DNA from: Lama glama
Lineage: Eukaryota
NCBI GenBank assembly: GCA_028534125.1
Contig: CM052817.1
Location: 32,552,001 to 32,616,000, forward strand
Length of the DNA: 64,000 nt
Direction: 5' to 3'
Part shown: one piece after another, positions 63,986 through 64,000 of the stretch
How the letters are laid out: the number at the start of each line of letters is the position of its first letter
Position numbering within the stretch: the first letter of the stretch is position 1
The notes under the pieces: generated by a model
The model's input: only the letters and a program-made list of their open reading frames with translations
Database searches by the model: none
What the model was told of the DNA's origin: nothing
Made by a program: the position numbers and the translations under genes

Positions 63986-64000
63986 TTACTCCTTGAGTGA

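Noticed and set aside
1..64000. Plus-strand excess of L1s as a sign of a minus-strand host gene
   Set aside because: Small numbers, and LTRs show no matching orientation bias; intron versus intergenic cannot be decided
1..64000. CRISPR array, operon, intact ERV or other novel multi-gene system
   Set aside because: No regularly spaced repeats, long ORFs, paired LTRs with internal sequence or foreign-composition segment seen

Overview
Mammalian non-coding DNA, almost certainly camelid (camel/alpaca/llama), judged from two tRNA-derived camelid-type SINEs and camelid-type L1 ends. I find no supportable protein-coding exon, RNA gene, CRISPR array or microbial-type system. The ORF track is explained by chance ORFs, microsatellites, the N-gap and decayed transposons. 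Roughly half or more of the window is transposon debris: MIR, L2, CR1/L3, old L1M, younger L1 3' ends with target-site duplications (TSDs), MaLR/ERVL/ERV1 solo LTRs, and hAT elements (MER20 x2, MER113, MER115, MER33, MER3, Charlie1, Zaphod, Blackjack), often nested. The most notable observations are: (1) the 500-N gap sits between an L1 5'UTR and an L1 3' end bracketed by a perfect 12-bp TSD, so it probably hides a near full-length young L1; (2) an orphan L1 ORF2 fragment flanked by a 9-bp inverted repeat; (3) a 42-bp copy of nearby unique sequence inserted into an MLT1 LTR; (4) a 44-bp tandem duplication; (5) a near-perfect nuclear-receptor palindrome; (6) an octamer/TCF overlap in a GC-rich unique block. 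I see no convincing novel biological system. Family names come from my recall of consensus sequences, not from a search, and boundaries without a TSD are approximate.
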